From a virus: a DNA stretch of 42,798 bases. The stretch spans positions 1 to 42,798 of the IMG/VR virus record IMGVR_UViG_3300045988_053235; one strand, 5' to 3'. The notes beneath the pieces are model-generated. The model worked only from the letters and a program-made list of their open reading frames with translations. It had not been told where the DNA came from and searched no databases. Shown here piece by piece: positions 14,813 through 24,510 of the stretch. Position 1 is the stretch's first letter. Each line of letters starts with the position of its first letter. The position numbers and the translations under genes are program-made.

Positions 14813-16999
14813 ATGGCGGCTGATGGTTCCGTAGTTTTTAGCGCAAAGTTGGACGATAAAGATGCGCAAAAAGAGCTAAACAAGCTTGTCAAAAAGATCG
14901 ACACTCTAAACGATAAAATCTATCAAAAACAGCAGCAAAAAATGCCGCTTGCAAAACAATCGGAAGAGCTTGCGGTAAGTCTTGACCAAGCAAAAGCAAC
15001 CCTTGAATCTATGCGCAGTGGCAATGAGTTTTTCACCGCTGATTCCGTGAAGGAGCAAGAGCGCACTGTTAAATCCTTGCAACGGGAATATGATTTTGTA
15101 ACTTCTAAAGTTGAGAAAATGGACGCGGCTATTCGCGCAGATACTCGAAGCCTTGACAAGATGAAAACAGACGCAGGGGCGCTTTCTGAAAAAATTTCTG
15201 GCGCAGGAACTCGCATGGTGGCAATGGGGGAAGCTACAAAGAAAGCAGACGCATTTCTTGCGCGGTTTTCCAACAGAGTTAAGCGGCTGGCGCTCAGGGC
15301 GTTTGTCTTTACGATTATTGCAAGAGCTTTATCTGTTGTTCGTGATTATGTTTGGAAGGTTATCCAGACAAACGATGAAGCGGTTGCGGCCATTGGGAAC
15401 TTAAAGGGGGCGCTTCTCACTTTGGCGCAGCCTCTTCTTGGTGTAGTCGTTCCGGCTTTTATTGCGCTTGTGAATATCTTAAATTCAGTTGTTAGTGCAA
15501 TTGCAAATATCGTCTCTATGATTTTTGGGACTACGGCAAAAAAATCGGAGGCAGCAGCAAAGAGCCTTTATAAAGAGGCAAATGCTGTTGAAAAAGTCGG
15601 CGCGGCGGCAAAGGACGCACAAGCAAATCTTGCAAGTTTTGATGAGATCAACACTCTGTCGAGTTCGAGTGGAGGCGGTGGCGCGGCATCTGCGCTTGCA
15701 GACCGTTTATCCCCTGTATTTGAGCAATTCAAGAGCGATGCGTATAAAGCAAAGATTGACGAAATCACGGCTTATCTTTGCGGTGCGCTTTTGGCTCTTG
15801 GCGCGATCCTCTGCTTTTCCGGTGCAAATATTCCGCTTGGTATTGCGCTTATGGCCGCTGGTGCGGTGGGACTTGTAACGCTTATTAAAGAGAATTGGGA
15901 CTGTATGCCAAACAAGTTAAGGGCGGCGATTACCAACGTACTTATGATTCTTGGCGTATCTGCCCTTGCGATTGGCGCGGTTCTTTGCTTTTCTGGGGCG
16001 AATATTCCCCTCGGCATTGGGCTAATGATTGCAGGAGCGGCTATGCTGGGAACGGCAGTCGCCTTGAACTGGAACGCGGTCGCAGACAAAACGAAGGAAA
16101 CCCTTGAGACGCTTCTTGTTTACATTGGGCTTGCGGCGCTTGCAATCGGCGTAATTCTCTGTCTGTCCGGTGCTCATATCGCACTCGGAATTGGACTTAT
16201 CATTATCGGGGCGGCTTCCCTTGCAAGTGCTGTTGCTCTGGATTGGAACAGTACAACGGAAAAGACAAAAAGCAAGTTAACGGAAATCCTGCTTTTTGCC
16301 GCAAAGAGTTTGCTTGCACTTGGTATCATGCTTGCAATTTTTTGCCCGGCGGCTTGGCCTATTGCATTCGGAATGATGCTTGCAGGCGGCGCTTCTCTAG
16401 TTACCGCGGCGGCACTCAATTGGGACGCAATCCTTGAGAAGCTCAAAGGCGTGTGGAATAACATTAAGCAGTGGTGGAAGAACAGTGTTGCTAAATATGT
16501 TGGAGTTTCCCATTGGAAAGAGACAGGGAAGAAGATGATTAACGGTTTCCTTTCGGGCGTAAAATCCGCATGGGAAACTGTAAAAACGTGGGTGGCTAAT
16601 GCCGTTAGCTGGTTCGGGAAAAAATTTGTTGAAGCGCAGAATTCTATTGCAAGATCGAATTCTGGCCGCAGCGGAGGATTTGGAACTCGAAGTGGTGGCT
16701 TTGGCAGCCCTTCTCGCGCTCCATCGATTAGCCGTATCTCCGCTCCTGCATTGGCTCGCGGTGCAGTCATTCCGCCCAACAAAGAATTTCTCGCCGTGCT
16801 GGGCGACCAGAAGAGCGGAACGAATATCGAAACGCCGCTTGCAACGATGGTTGATGCATTTAAACAGGCAATGGCGGAATCCGGCGGCGGTGCAACTACG
16901 GTTATTATCCAGCTCGACGGTAAAGAAATCGCACGCAGCACCGTGAAGAACATTAACAACATGACGCGCGCGGCGGGTAAGCCCGTGTTGCTGTACTAA
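14813..16999 (+). CDS. Tape measure protein
   Basis: 728 aa. Coiled-coil N-terminus, four hydrophobic repeats, and the usual position. Confidence 0.9.
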   Translation: MAADGSVVFSAKLDDKDAQKELNKLVKKIDTLNDKIYQKQQQKMPLAKQSEELAVSLDQAKATLESMRSGNEFFTADSVKEQERTVKSLQREYDFVTSKVEKMDAAIRADTRSLDKMKTDAGALSEKISGAGTRMVAMGEATKKADAFLARFSNRVKRLALRAFVFTIIARALSVVRDYVWKVIQTNDEAVAAIGNLKGALLTLAQPLLGVVVPAFIALVNILNSVVSAIANIVSMIFGTTAKKSEAAAKSLYKEANAVEKVGAAAKDAQANLASFDEINTLSSSSGGGGAASALADRLSPVFEQFKSDAYKAKIDEITAYLCGALLALGAILCFSGANIPLGIALMAAGAVGLVTLIKENWDCMPNKLRAAITNVLMILGVSALAIGAVLCFSGANIPLGIGLMIAGAAMLGTAVALNWNAVADKTKETLETLLVYIGLAALAIGVILCLSGAHIALGIGLIIIGAASLASAVALDWNSTTEKTKSKLTEILLFAAKSLLALGIMLAIFCPAAWPIAFGMMLAGGASLVTAAALNWDAILEKLKGVWNNIKQWWKNSVAKYVGVSHWKETGKKMINGFLSGVKSAWETVKTWVANAVSWFGKKFVEAQNSIARSNSGRSGGFGTRSGGFGSPSRAPSISRISAPALARGAVIPPNKEFLAVLGDQKSGTNIETPLATMVDAFKQAMAESGGGATTVIIQLDGKEIARSTVKNINNMTRAAGKPVLLY
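15773..16450 (+). repeat. Four tandem ~58-aa hydrophobic repeats inside the tape measure
   Basis: LCFSGANIPLGIALMAAGA...NWD, LCFSGANIPLGIGLMIAGA...NWN, LCLSGAHIALGIGLIIIGA...DWN, IFCPAAWPIAFGMMLAGGA...NWD. Confidence 0.85.
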
Positions 17000-17009
17000 G
17001 GGGGTCAAC

Positions 17010-17369
17010 ATGGAAGTCCTTATTATCAACGGCACGGACTACTCGTCCGCAATCGCAACTAAGGGCTACGGGTGGAGCAGAAACGACCTCGACAGCGACA
17101 AGACCACCCGTACCAAAGATGGCAAGATGCGCCGCGACAAGATCACCACCAAGCGGAAACTGAGCTATACAACGCGCTCCGTCAAGCGTGACGTGCTGGC
17201 AAAACTTGATGACGATCTGAACAAAACCACATGCACCGTACAATACCTTGACCTGCATGGCGTCAGAACCAGCACGTTTTACTGCTCGTCGATGGAATGC
17301 ACGCTTGAAGAAGCGGCGGACGATAACGAGGTGTGGGGCGGCGCGACGTTTAACCTGATCGAGGTGTGA
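17010..17369 (+). CDS. Distal tail / tail component protein
   Basis: Assigned by synteny immediately after the tape measure. RBS GGGGG. Confidence 0.5.
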   Translation: MEVLIINGTDYSSAIATKGYGWSRNDLDSDKTTRTKDGKMRRDKITTKRKLSYTTRSVKRDVLAKLDDDLNKTTCTVQYLDLHGVRTSTFYCSSMECTLEEAADDNEVWGGATFNLIEV

Positions 17370-17370
17370 T

Positions 17371-18048
17371 ATGGGGCAGACAACAAGTGCGCTGTGGCGC
17401 GAGCTGCTTCACAAGCCCGGCACAGAACGAGAGTACAAATTTGACGTTGCGGGCACGGAATATGGCAAAGACGCGGAAGTGTCGCACTCTGTCGAATCGC
17501 AGTTGTTTGAAGAATTTGGCATTGGAAACGCCTGCTGCGCAACATTAAAACTGGCACTGTATGCGGACAACATACCGCGCGCCGCAACGATCAAGCGGTA
17601 TCTCAGGCTTGTTAATGGCGGTCAGGCGACGGACTGGATCCCAAAAGGCGTGTTTTTTACCAACCGCCGTTCCTGCGATGGGGATTATTGGGAACTCGAA
17701 GCATACGACGCTATGAGAAAGGCTGACGTTGTATGGGAGCCAGCCCAGTCGCTTATCTTCCCGATGACTATGCCTGACGCCGTAAACATCTTTTGCCAGT
17801 TGATGGGCGTAGAGTTGGACAGCCGAACAGTGCTCAATAGCTCATATACCATCGACTATCCCGCAAATGATTATACCATCCGCAATGAGCTATGTTTTAT
17901 CGCAGCGGCGCACGGCGGGAATTGGATTATCACCGACGCAGGGAAACTGTTGCTTATCCCGTTGTTGTCTATGCCTACCGAGACAAACTATCTCATTACA
18001 GAAGCGGGCAACGCTATCACATTTGGAGGGGTGAGGATTCTTGTCTGA
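17371..18048 (+). CDS. Tail / baseplate component
   Basis: Assigned by synteny. RBS GAGGTG. Confidence 0.5.
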   Translation: MGQTTSALWRELLHKPGTEREYKFDVAGTEYGKDAEVSHSVESQLFEEFGIGNACCATLKLALYADNIPRAATIKRYLRLVNGGQATDWIPKGVFFTNRRSCDGDYWELEAYDAMRKADVVWEPAQSLIFPMTMPDAVNIFCQLMGVELDSRTVLNSSYTIDYPANDYTIRNELCFIAAAHGGNWIITDAGKLLLIPLLSMPTETNYLITEAGNAITFGGVRILV

Positions 18049-19390
18049 AAAGTATTATGTCGGCAAAGACGTTACAAGTTTTTCCGACAAGGGCAAGTAC
18101 AAGCCTATCTCTCGTGTGACGCTGCTTGTGGACGATGAAAACAGCCTGACGGCGGGCGATGATACCGGAATGGAGGTCATTGCAAGTTGTCCACACGCCA
18201 CGCAGCCAATGGTAAATGCTTTACTGCAAACCATGAAAGGCTACCAGTATCAGGCATACGAAGCAGGTGCGGCAAACATCGATCCAGCGGCAGAGCTGGG
18301 CGACGGCGTGACGGTTGGTGGCATTTATTCGCCGCTGTCTAAACTCTCTGATGATGGACGCGGATACGCGGGTATTTCATCCCCCGGTGAAGCGGAGATG
18401 GAAGACGAATATCCGTCCGATGGGTACATCACGCAGGAATTTAATCGCAAGATTGCCGAAACACGCTCGACTATTACCAAGACCAGCGAGGAGATCAACC
18501 TCAAGGTGGAGGGCATCGACGGGCGGGTGTCGGACATCAATCAAACGGTCGATGGGATCAGCCTATCCGTCACATCAGCGTCCAGCCCGGATGGCCAGAC
18601 GACCGCGACGATCACGCTCAAGGTCGGGCCAAACAACTACACGGGCTACATCAAGCTCGACGGCAACGTGGATGTGTCAGGGCAGCTTTCGGCGGACGCG
18701 CTTTACGCTGCTTTCGGCGAGATCGCGGACTTGAGCGTCAACCGGCTGTCGACCTCTCGCCGGGTGGTCAAGTATCTTGCTAAAGACACAACGGACGACA
18801 ATTTCATCCGCGTGGAGGGGCAGAGCCTTGAGTTTGTGGCGGGCATCGCCAAGAGCACGACGGAGCAGGCCAAAAACCCAAACGGGGAGCTGATCTACTG
18901 GGAGGCAGACCCCGCGGGCGCGTCGATCGGCTCAGACGGATACCCCTATGCAAACGGCGAGCGCATTTTTACCACCACCAAGCAGACGAGCTGGCCGGTG
19001 ATGGTCTATCAGTACGAGGAGCAGGTCAAGCGCGCAATCTCGTTTGAGTCGGACGGCCAATACTACTACCCTGTGGACGTCTTCGGCGCGGGCGACAATA
19101 ACGGCAAGCAGCGCGGCTACCTCGTCAAGAGGCAGAACTCGCTGGAGCTGACGTACGAGACGAGCACGGGAAAACAGCTCGGCCTCGCCGCGCGGGACGA
19201 GGGATATTTGGACCTGATGGGGGTGAGGAAAACCGTTGGACTCAACTTTTCCGGATGGGACAAGGGAAGTTGGGGTGTCCTGCTGGAAGGTGTTAAGGAA
19301 ATGCTGGATTACGGCGTCACGTTGAACAGTGCGGGAGTCCCGGTGAAGATCACATACCCGGATGGGACGGACTGCCCCATTATCTGGTAG
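18041..19390 (+). CDS. Tail-associated minor structural protein
   Basis: 449 aa with TTG start after GGAGGGGTGAGG. The central EEINLKVEGIDGRVSDINQTVDGISLSV segment is typical of prophage tail proteins. Confidence 0.6.
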   Translation: MSEKYYVGKDVTSFSDKGKYKPISRVTLLVDDENSLTAGDDTGMEVIASCPHATQPMVNALLQTMKGYQYQAYEAGAANIDPAAELGDGVTVGGIYSPLSKLSDDGRGYAGISSPGEAEMEDEYPSDGYITQEFNRKIAETRSTITKTSEEINLKVEGIDGRVSDINQTVDGISLSVTSASSPDGQTTATITLKVGPNNYTGYIKLDGNVDVSGQLSADALYAAFGEIADLSVNRLSTSRRVVKYLAKDTTDDNFIRVEGQSLEFVAGIAKSTTEQAKNPNGELIYWEADPAGASIGSDGYPYANGERIFTTTKQTSWPVMVYQYEEQVKRAISFESDGQYYYPVDVFGAGDNNGKQRGYLVKRQNSLELTYETSTGKQLGLAARDEGYLDLMGVRKTVGLNFSGWDKGSWGVLLEGVKEMLDYGVTLNSAGVPVKITYPDGTDCPIIW

Positions 19391-19399
19391 GAGGCGGCA

Positions 19400-20881
19400 A
19401 TGGCGATCAAACACAAAAAGAGCTTTTTAACAGGATATCTGACCGGGCAGGCAATCAAGCGCGGGGTCAACAGCACGTTTGACGCGCACCGCCCGGACGG
19501 CAGCGGCACGCTGCGCGGCTATGATGCAGCCAGCTTTAAGGCGGGGCTGGCGGCAGGGCTGTGCGGAGACGGCTATTTGCTGCCGTATACGCCACCAAAG
19601 AAAAAACCGGGGATATTTGACGTCGAGGTCAACTGTGATGAGGTCATCATCGACCTGTATCTGCGCAATGCCCGCGGCGAGGCGACCGCGCCGAGTATCT
19701 ACGGATTGCAAGACATGGGGAGGTGGCTGCGGGACAATAATGTCAAGACTATCAGTGACTTCTATGCCTTCTGCGAGAGCGCAGCGCCGCACTTTGGCGG
19801 GGTATTCAGTAAGAAGAATGCAGCACGGGTCACGGCGTTGTTTTATAACCGCTCTTATTTGCACGAGATATGTGCAAAAAAAACGCTCCCCTTCTCCTAT
19901 CTCATTCGCGATGCTTATATGGCCGGCAAGATGACATGGGAGCAATTCATGGACAACAAGCTTTCCGTGGATTCCCGTCTGGACAACTGGACATTCACGC
20001 TGACACAACATGTAAAAGCGAACTGCGGAGCAAGTGGCACGGCAGCTTTGACGCCGGTATATGTCATTAAGACCTATGTTCTCTGCCCGGGGAGGTACAG
20101 GTTTTCATTCGTTGAGACAGTGTCTCCTCCGTTTGACGACGACGACACTTCCAAGGCATGGGTAGCAGTTGCTGTCCCTGGAGTATTTGGCAATACGAGC
20201 AACCTTAAAACGAAACACAGCCAAGGTGACCTTTACTATCTTGCATCCGGAGAGAGCCTTGAGTTTGAAGTCCCAGTGGGGTCACTAGAGCATTCGCATC
20301 TCTTCATCAACCTGTGGCCGTGGCCACCCTTTAAGGTGGACGGATATAATGCTATGACGGATCAGGCGCACCGCAGCTACTATGCGGGGATGACCCACGT
20401 TCAGACGCTCGCCATGGATCTGCAGCTTGTTGAGATCTATCCGATGCGCACACCGAACAAAAACGCGAATTTGACAAGCCTGCTCCGGGCGGTCGACGCG
20501 CTCGATGATTACAAGATCAAAAACGAGGAGCTCGACAGGCTTGAAGACCTTACGCTGGTGGACGAATACAGGCTGATGGTCAGCGGTTCGCCGCACGATC
20601 CAAAGGCATATCGGGCGACCGCAGCAAAAACGAAGCACAGTGTCGGAGAGGACGACTTGCCGAAAGCACAGATCACCGCTCTTGCAACGGTTGAAAGCGG
20701 CATGAACGAGGTAAACGCCAACGGAGTGGAGACGCCGGTCGACGCGGTATCTCTCAGCCTCGTTCTGGGAGAGGCTGCACCGGGGCTGTCTTACCAGAAA
20801 CACCAGATCGCGGGAGAAAAACTGAATTTGATCAATTCGTGGACTGCTCCGATCGTACGGAGGAGGGATGAGGAGAAGTGA
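19400..20881 (+). CDS. Putative tail fibre / receptor-binding protein
   Basis: 493 aa. Assigned from position and RBS AGGAGG. Confidence 0.45.
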   Translation: MAIKHKKSFLTGYLTGQAIKRGVNSTFDAHRPDGSGTLRGYDAASFKAGLAAGLCGDGYLLPYTPPKKKPGIFDVEVNCDEVIIDLYLRNARGEATAPSIYGLQDMGRWLRDNNVKTISDFYAFCESAAPHFGGVFSKKNAARVTALFYNRSYLHEICAKKTLPFSYLIRDAYMAGKMTWEQFMDNKLSVDSRLDNWTFTLTQHVKANCGASGTAALTPVYVIKTYVLCPGRYRFSFVETVSPPFDDDDTSKAWVAVAVPGVFGNTSNLKTKHSQGDLYYLASGESLEFEVPVGSLEHSHLFINLWPWPPFKVDGYNAMTDQAHRSYYAGMTHVQTLAMDLQLVEIYPMRTPNKNANLTSLLRAVDALDDYKIKNEELDRLEDLTLVDEYRLMVSGSPHDPKAYRATAAKTKHSVGEDDLPKAQITALATVESGMNEVNANGVETPVDAVSLSLVLGEAAPGLSYQKHQIAGEKLNLINSWTAPIVRRRDEEK

Positions 20882-21156
20882 GAAAGGCGAAAGAGACGCG
20901 CGGGGCGGTCATCGCTTACGCGCTCAACCTGATCGACCTGTCGTGCACGCTCTGGGCGCTGCGGCGCGGAGCGGTGGAGCTTAATCCCCTGATGCGCTCC
21001 GTCCCGGTCATGGTGGGCTACAAGGTCGTCATCGTGTGGGCGCTGCTGTGGTGGCTCTCTACCCGGAGGGAGAGGGCGGCGCGGTATGCGCTATACGTTG
21101 CTGCCGTGGTCTACGGGGCGGTGGATGTGTACCATATGATCAACATTTTATGCTAA
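20878..21156 (+). CDS. Small multi-pass membrane protein (DUF5658-like)
   Basis: GTGA overlap. Three hydrophobic segments and an ELNPLM motif. Confidence 0.55.
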   Translation: MRKAKETRGAVIAYALNLIDLSCTLWALRRGAVELNPLMRSVPVMVGYKVVIVWALLWWLSTRRERAARYALYVAAVVYGAVDVYHMINILC

Positions 21157-21167
21157 AGGAGGGCTTT

Positions 21168-21827
21168 ATGGAAAAAGCCATCATAGACCAAACAATTGAC
21201 GATCTGATTGCGGCGGAAGCTGTGACGGCGGATGATCTCTTTGTGGTGCAGCAAAATGCGACGGCAAAAAAGGTGTCCGGTGACACTTTGCGCAGATACT
21301 TGGGGGCGGAATCCGGGGTACCAAAGCCTGATGGCGCGGAAGAAGGCGCTTTTCTCCGCATACGGAATAAAAAATGGGTGGCGGAAAAATCGCCTGTTCT
21401 TATCGACCTGTATTCCGCAGGTGTAAATGCAGACCCAGCGCAGTCTGGGAAATCCCTCTCATTCGACTTATCTACAGATATCGGGACTCAGCTTGTGGCT
21501 GCCGCCAAAAACGGTGGAGCGTTGCTTAAATTCGGGTTCTTGGATAATCAAGATCGCTTGCCGGTACAGGCATATTTCGTTGGGATCACAATCGAAGGAG
21601 TGGAAGCGTACCAGTTCTATGGCAAGGCGTTTTACGAATCGTGGGGCGTCAATATTTTTTTCAATGCGAATTTGCAAAATAGCAGTGCCACAATATCCTC
21701 TTTCTGCACAATCGACCAACCGCGGCTACCGGAAGCGGCTGACGACGGGGCGTTTCTGCGATGGAGCATTGAGCAGCAAGAGTGGGTGGCGGAAGCCTTG
21801 CCCGCGGCGGAAGGAGGGACATTTTAA
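21168..21827 (+). CDS. Tail fibre-associated protein
   Basis: RBS AAAGGAGGG, then ATG 21168. The motif GAFLR...WVAE occurs near both ends of the protein. Confidence 0.5.
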   Translation: MEKAIIDQTIDDLIAAEAVTADDLFVVQQNATAKKVSGDTLRRYLGAESGVPKPDGAEEGAFLRIRNKKWVAEKSPVLIDLYSAGVNADPAQSGKSLSFDLSTDIGTQLVAAAKNGGALLKFGFLDNQDRLPVQAYFVGITIEGVEAYQFYGKAFYESWGVNIFFNANLQNSSATISSFCTIDQPRLPEAADDGAFLRWSIEQQEWVAEALPAAEGGTF

Positions 21828-22495
21828 TGGCGGAATATCTGGTACAAAGCGAAAGCATTACGGCGGTCGCCGACGCCATTCGCGAGAAGGGCGGCACGAC
21901 TGAGCCCTTGAGCTTTCCGGCGGGGATGGCTGAGGCGGTGAGAGATATCCCGTCTGGCGGGACTGATATCTCCCTCGGCCTAACCGCCGCCACAGTGGGC
22001 CAGACTATTAAAGTCAAGGCCGTTGACGCTGACGGCAAGCCCACCGCGTGGGAAGCAGTGGATATGGCGGGGGGCGAGACGGAGGTAATTGCGCTATCGG
22101 AGGATGTAAATGCTGTAACATTTGACCTTAAAGGGTGCGATTCATTTGCGATAGTATTAGATGCCCCGCCAGTCGATACAGAGATGACCTATGTATTCCC
22201 GACATTCAACTCTATCGTAGGGACATTTATTACGCTCAATTTTGCATATAAGGCAAATCGGAGAATATCAGTATTGCAAATCAATAAAATCGTCGATGAA
22301 TTATGGTTTTTCTCATTTAAGCCAGGGAATGCTGTGACTTTGAAAGATGCGACTTTGTCAAAGGTTGGAGACATTTCTGTCCTGAACAACACAATCCCAA
22401 TGGATATTACATCGATGGGCCTTAATGCATACACCGGGCAGCGTTTCCCGAAAGGCACAAAAATATACGTAGTCAGGGGGAAAACAGTTGTATGA
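21827..22495 (+). CDS. Tail fibre-associated protein
   Basis: TAATG coupling. The N-terminus ITAVADAIREKGGTTEPLSFPAGMAEAV recurs in fibre-cluster proteins as I recall. Confidence 0.5.
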   Translation: MAEYLVQSESITAVADAIREKGGTTEPLSFPAGMAEAVRDIPSGGTDISLGLTAATVGQTIKVKAVDADGKPTAWEAVDMAGGETEVIALSEDVNAVTFDLKGCDSFAIVLDAPPVDTEMTYVFPTFNSIVGTFITLNFAYKANRRISVLQINKIVDELWFFSFKPGNAVTLKDATLSKVGDISVLNNTIPMDITSMGLNAYTGQRFPKGTKIYVVRGKTVV

Positions 22496-22683
22496 GAATT
22501 TGTGAGAATGGCATAATCCGCGACATGAGCGCCGAGGAAGTCGCGGAGCTTGAAAAGCTGGCGGCAGAAGCACCCGCACCCGCGCCTGAACCTACGCCAG
22601 AGGAACGCATTGCGGCGCTGGAAAAGGACAACGCCGAGTTACGCGAGGCAATGGAGGCACTGCTTACGGGGGTGACGGCATGA
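22492..22683 (+). CDS. Small coiled-coil protein (XkdW-position)
   Basis: ATGA overlap. Contains a PAPAPEPTPEE linker. Confidence 0.45.
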   Translation: MRICENGIIRDMSAEEVAELEKLAAEAPAPAPEPTPEERIAALEKDNAELREAMEALLTGVTA

Positions 22684-22841
22684 GCGAGATGAGAGAGCGC
22701 ATCATCGCGTACAACAAGGAGGTCAAGGCCGCCTTGCAGGAGGTCTACAACGACCTCAACCACGGCCAGCGCAAAAAGCTGCTGCGTAACCCTGCCATCC
22801 GCGCGATGTTTGAGCGGTATGGCGTTAAAATCGAAGAGTAA
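22680..22841 (+). CDS. Small protein (53 aa, XkdX-position)
   Basis: ATGA overlap at 22680. Encodes MSEMRERIIAYNKEVKAALQEVYNDLNHGQRKKLLRNPAIRAMFERYGVKIEE. Below the ORF-track cutoff. Confidence 0.4.
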   Translation: MSEMRERIIAYNKEVKAALQEVYNDLNHGQRKKLLRNPAIRAMFERYGVKIEE

Positions 22842-22860
22842 AGGAGAAAGGGAGCGGGAT

Positions 22861-23163
22861 ATGGATAATTCAAAGCACTACGATGGCGCAGAGATTGCGC
22901 TGATCGAAAGCCGATGCAAGAGCAATACGCACCGCATCAACGAGTTGCAGGAGCATCAAACGGTGCTTGACAGGCTGGCAACTTCGGTCGAGGTGCTGGC
23001 GACCAAGCAGGAGACCGTCGAGGGCGATGTCAAGGAGATCAAAGAGGACGTGAAAGACATCACTGGCAAAGCAGGGAAGCGCTGGGACAGTCTGGTCGAC
23101 AAGGCTCTCGCGGCGCTGGCAGGCGCGTTTATCGCGTGGCTGCTGTCGGGTGTGGCCTTATGA
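22861..23163 (+). CDS. XhlA-like lysis-associated membrane protein
   Basis: RBS AAAGGAGAAAGGGAG. Coiled coil followed by a single C-terminal TM (ALAALAGAFIAWLLSGVAL). First gene of the lysis cassette. Confidence 0.65.
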   Translation: MDNSKHYDGAEIALIESRCKSNTHRINELQEHQTVLDRLATSVEVLATKQETVEGDVKEIKEDVKDITGKAGKRWDSLVDKALAALAGAFIAWLLSGVAL

Positions 23164-23354
23164 GGAATCTGAGAAAGCGGGATAAGTACGTCATCGCAGC
23201 AGTGCTCAACCTCTGCTGGTACTGCATTGCGGTGCTCGTATTGACCGCGCATGACAAGGTAGTGCCGGACAGCCTGACCGTCGCGTGGTTCGCCGCGTGG
23301 ACGGCAGAGCTCGGCCTGCTGGCTGGAATCAAAATCAAGGGAAAGGACGAATAA
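23160..23354 (+). CDS. Holin (2 TM)
   Basis: ATGA overlap. 64 aa with two hydrophobic helices and a charged C-terminus. Confidence 0.65.
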   Translation: MRNLRKRDKYVIAAVLNLCWYCIAVLVLTAHDKVVPDSLTVAWFAAWTAELGLLAGIKIKGKDE

Positions 23355-23355
23355 C

Positions 23356-23577
23356 ATGAACGAAAGAATCATCAAGCGTATCGCAAACCTTATGAGCGTC
23401 AAGAGCATCGTGACGCTGGTGCTGACGGGCGTATTTGCGTACATGGCCGTCACGGGCAACATCTCGCAGGACTTTATGACGATCTATGCGGTCATCATTG
23501 CGTTTTACTTCGGCACGCAGAGCCAGAAGACGCAGGACGTGATCGACAGCAAGGGTGACAGCGATGTATCACAGTAG
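23356..23577 (+). CDS. Holin (2 TM)
   Basis: 73 aa with two TM helices and an acidic tail. Lies directly upstream of the endolysin. Confidence 0.65.
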   Translation: MNERIIKRIANLMSVKSIVTLVLTGVFAYMAVTGNISQDFMTIYAVIIAFYFGTQSQKTQDVIDSKGDSDVSQ

Positions 23578-24172
23578 GGACATTGCCGACCTGCGGGCGG
23601 ACGTGCACGCAAACTGTGTCATCTTCCTCGACCTCTGCAAGGAGGCGGGGCTTCCGGTGCTCGTGACCGAGACAGTACGAGATGACGAGTACCAGCGCTA
23701 TCTTGCCGCGAACGGCTACGCGGCAAAGACCGCGACGCGCCCGACGTTTCACGGCGTCAAGGCTGGGCTGGCGTTTGACATCTGCAAAAACGTCAAGGGG
23801 CATGAGTACGACGATCCGTTGTTCTTCGCTCGCTGCGGGCAGATTGGCAAGCAGGTTGGCTTTTCGTGGGGCGGCGACTGGAAGAAATTTCCCGACAAGC
23901 CGCATTTTCAATGGGACGACCATATGCGGTACACAGGGAGCATGATTTTGGCGGGCAAGTATCCGCCGGAAATGGAGGAGTACATGGATCAGGCAACGTT
24001 TAACAAGATGATGGACGCTTACCTTGCGCAGCTCGGCACCAAGCCCGTCTCTCCATGGGCGGCAAAGGACTGGGCGGCGGCAAAGGCGGCGGGCATCACG
24101 GACGGCAGCGCCCCGCAGAGATTCATCACGCGTCAGGAGGCCGTGATGATGATCCAGAGAGCGGCAAAATAA
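23564..24172 (+). CDS. Endolysin, M15 (VanY / L-Ala-D-Glu peptidase-like) with C-terminal wall-binding-like motif
   Basis: Sequence VTETVRDDEYQRYL...FHGVKAGLAFDI...GGDWKKFPDKPHFQW. The C-terminal ITDGSAPQRFITRQEAVMMI looks SLH-like. Confidence 0.8.
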   Translation: MYHSRDIADLRADVHANCVIFLDLCKEAGLPVLVTETVRDDEYQRYLAANGYAAKTATRPTFHGVKAGLAFDICKNVKGHEYDDPLFFARCGQIGKQVGFSWGGDWKKFPDKPHFQWDDHMRYTGSMILAGKYPPEMEEYMDQATFNKMMDAYLAQLGTKPVSPWAAKDWAAAKAAGITDGSAPQRFITRQEAVMMIQRAAK

Positions 24173-24249
24173 CGGTGTCCGATTTGGGCACGGGAAGGAG
24201 CGGGCGGCGAAAGCCCACGCGCAAGCGCCTCTGCAAGCCCTACACGGGC

Positions 24250-24495
24250 ATGAACAGTCAGCACAGGTCAATCCGCGCGCAATTATCCCCTATGGCCCCC
24301 AAGCGGGCCGTAGCGTATATCTTATCGTTTGAGCTGCCGGCGGACGAGGCGGCGTGCCTTATCGAGTGTGACGTGCGGCGCAAGAGCTACGCACAAGTGT
24401 GTGCAGCGCTGCACCTGTCGCCGGAGGCGGTCAACCGCTGCCGCAGGCGAGCATATCAAAAAATAGCAGATGGACAAAGAGAGCACCGAGGTTAA
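24250..24495 (+). CDS. Sigma-70 region-4-like HTH protein (possible late regulator); start uncertain
   Basis: Sequence KSYAQVCAALHLSPEAVNRCRRRAYQKIA. There is no good RBS, and alternative starts exist at 24175 and 24292. Confidence 0.4.
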   Translation: MNSQHRSIRAQLSPMAPKRAVAYILSFELPADEAACLIECDVRRKSYAQVCAALHLSPEAVNRCRRRAYQKIADGQREHRG

Positions 24496-24510
24496 TCGGT
24501 GCTCTCTTTG
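24475..24510. terminator. Bidirectional hairpin between convergent genes
   Basis: Perfect 14-bp inverted repeat CAAAGAGAGCACCG / CGGTGCTCTCTTTG. Both stop codons lie in or near the loop. Confidence 0.7.
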
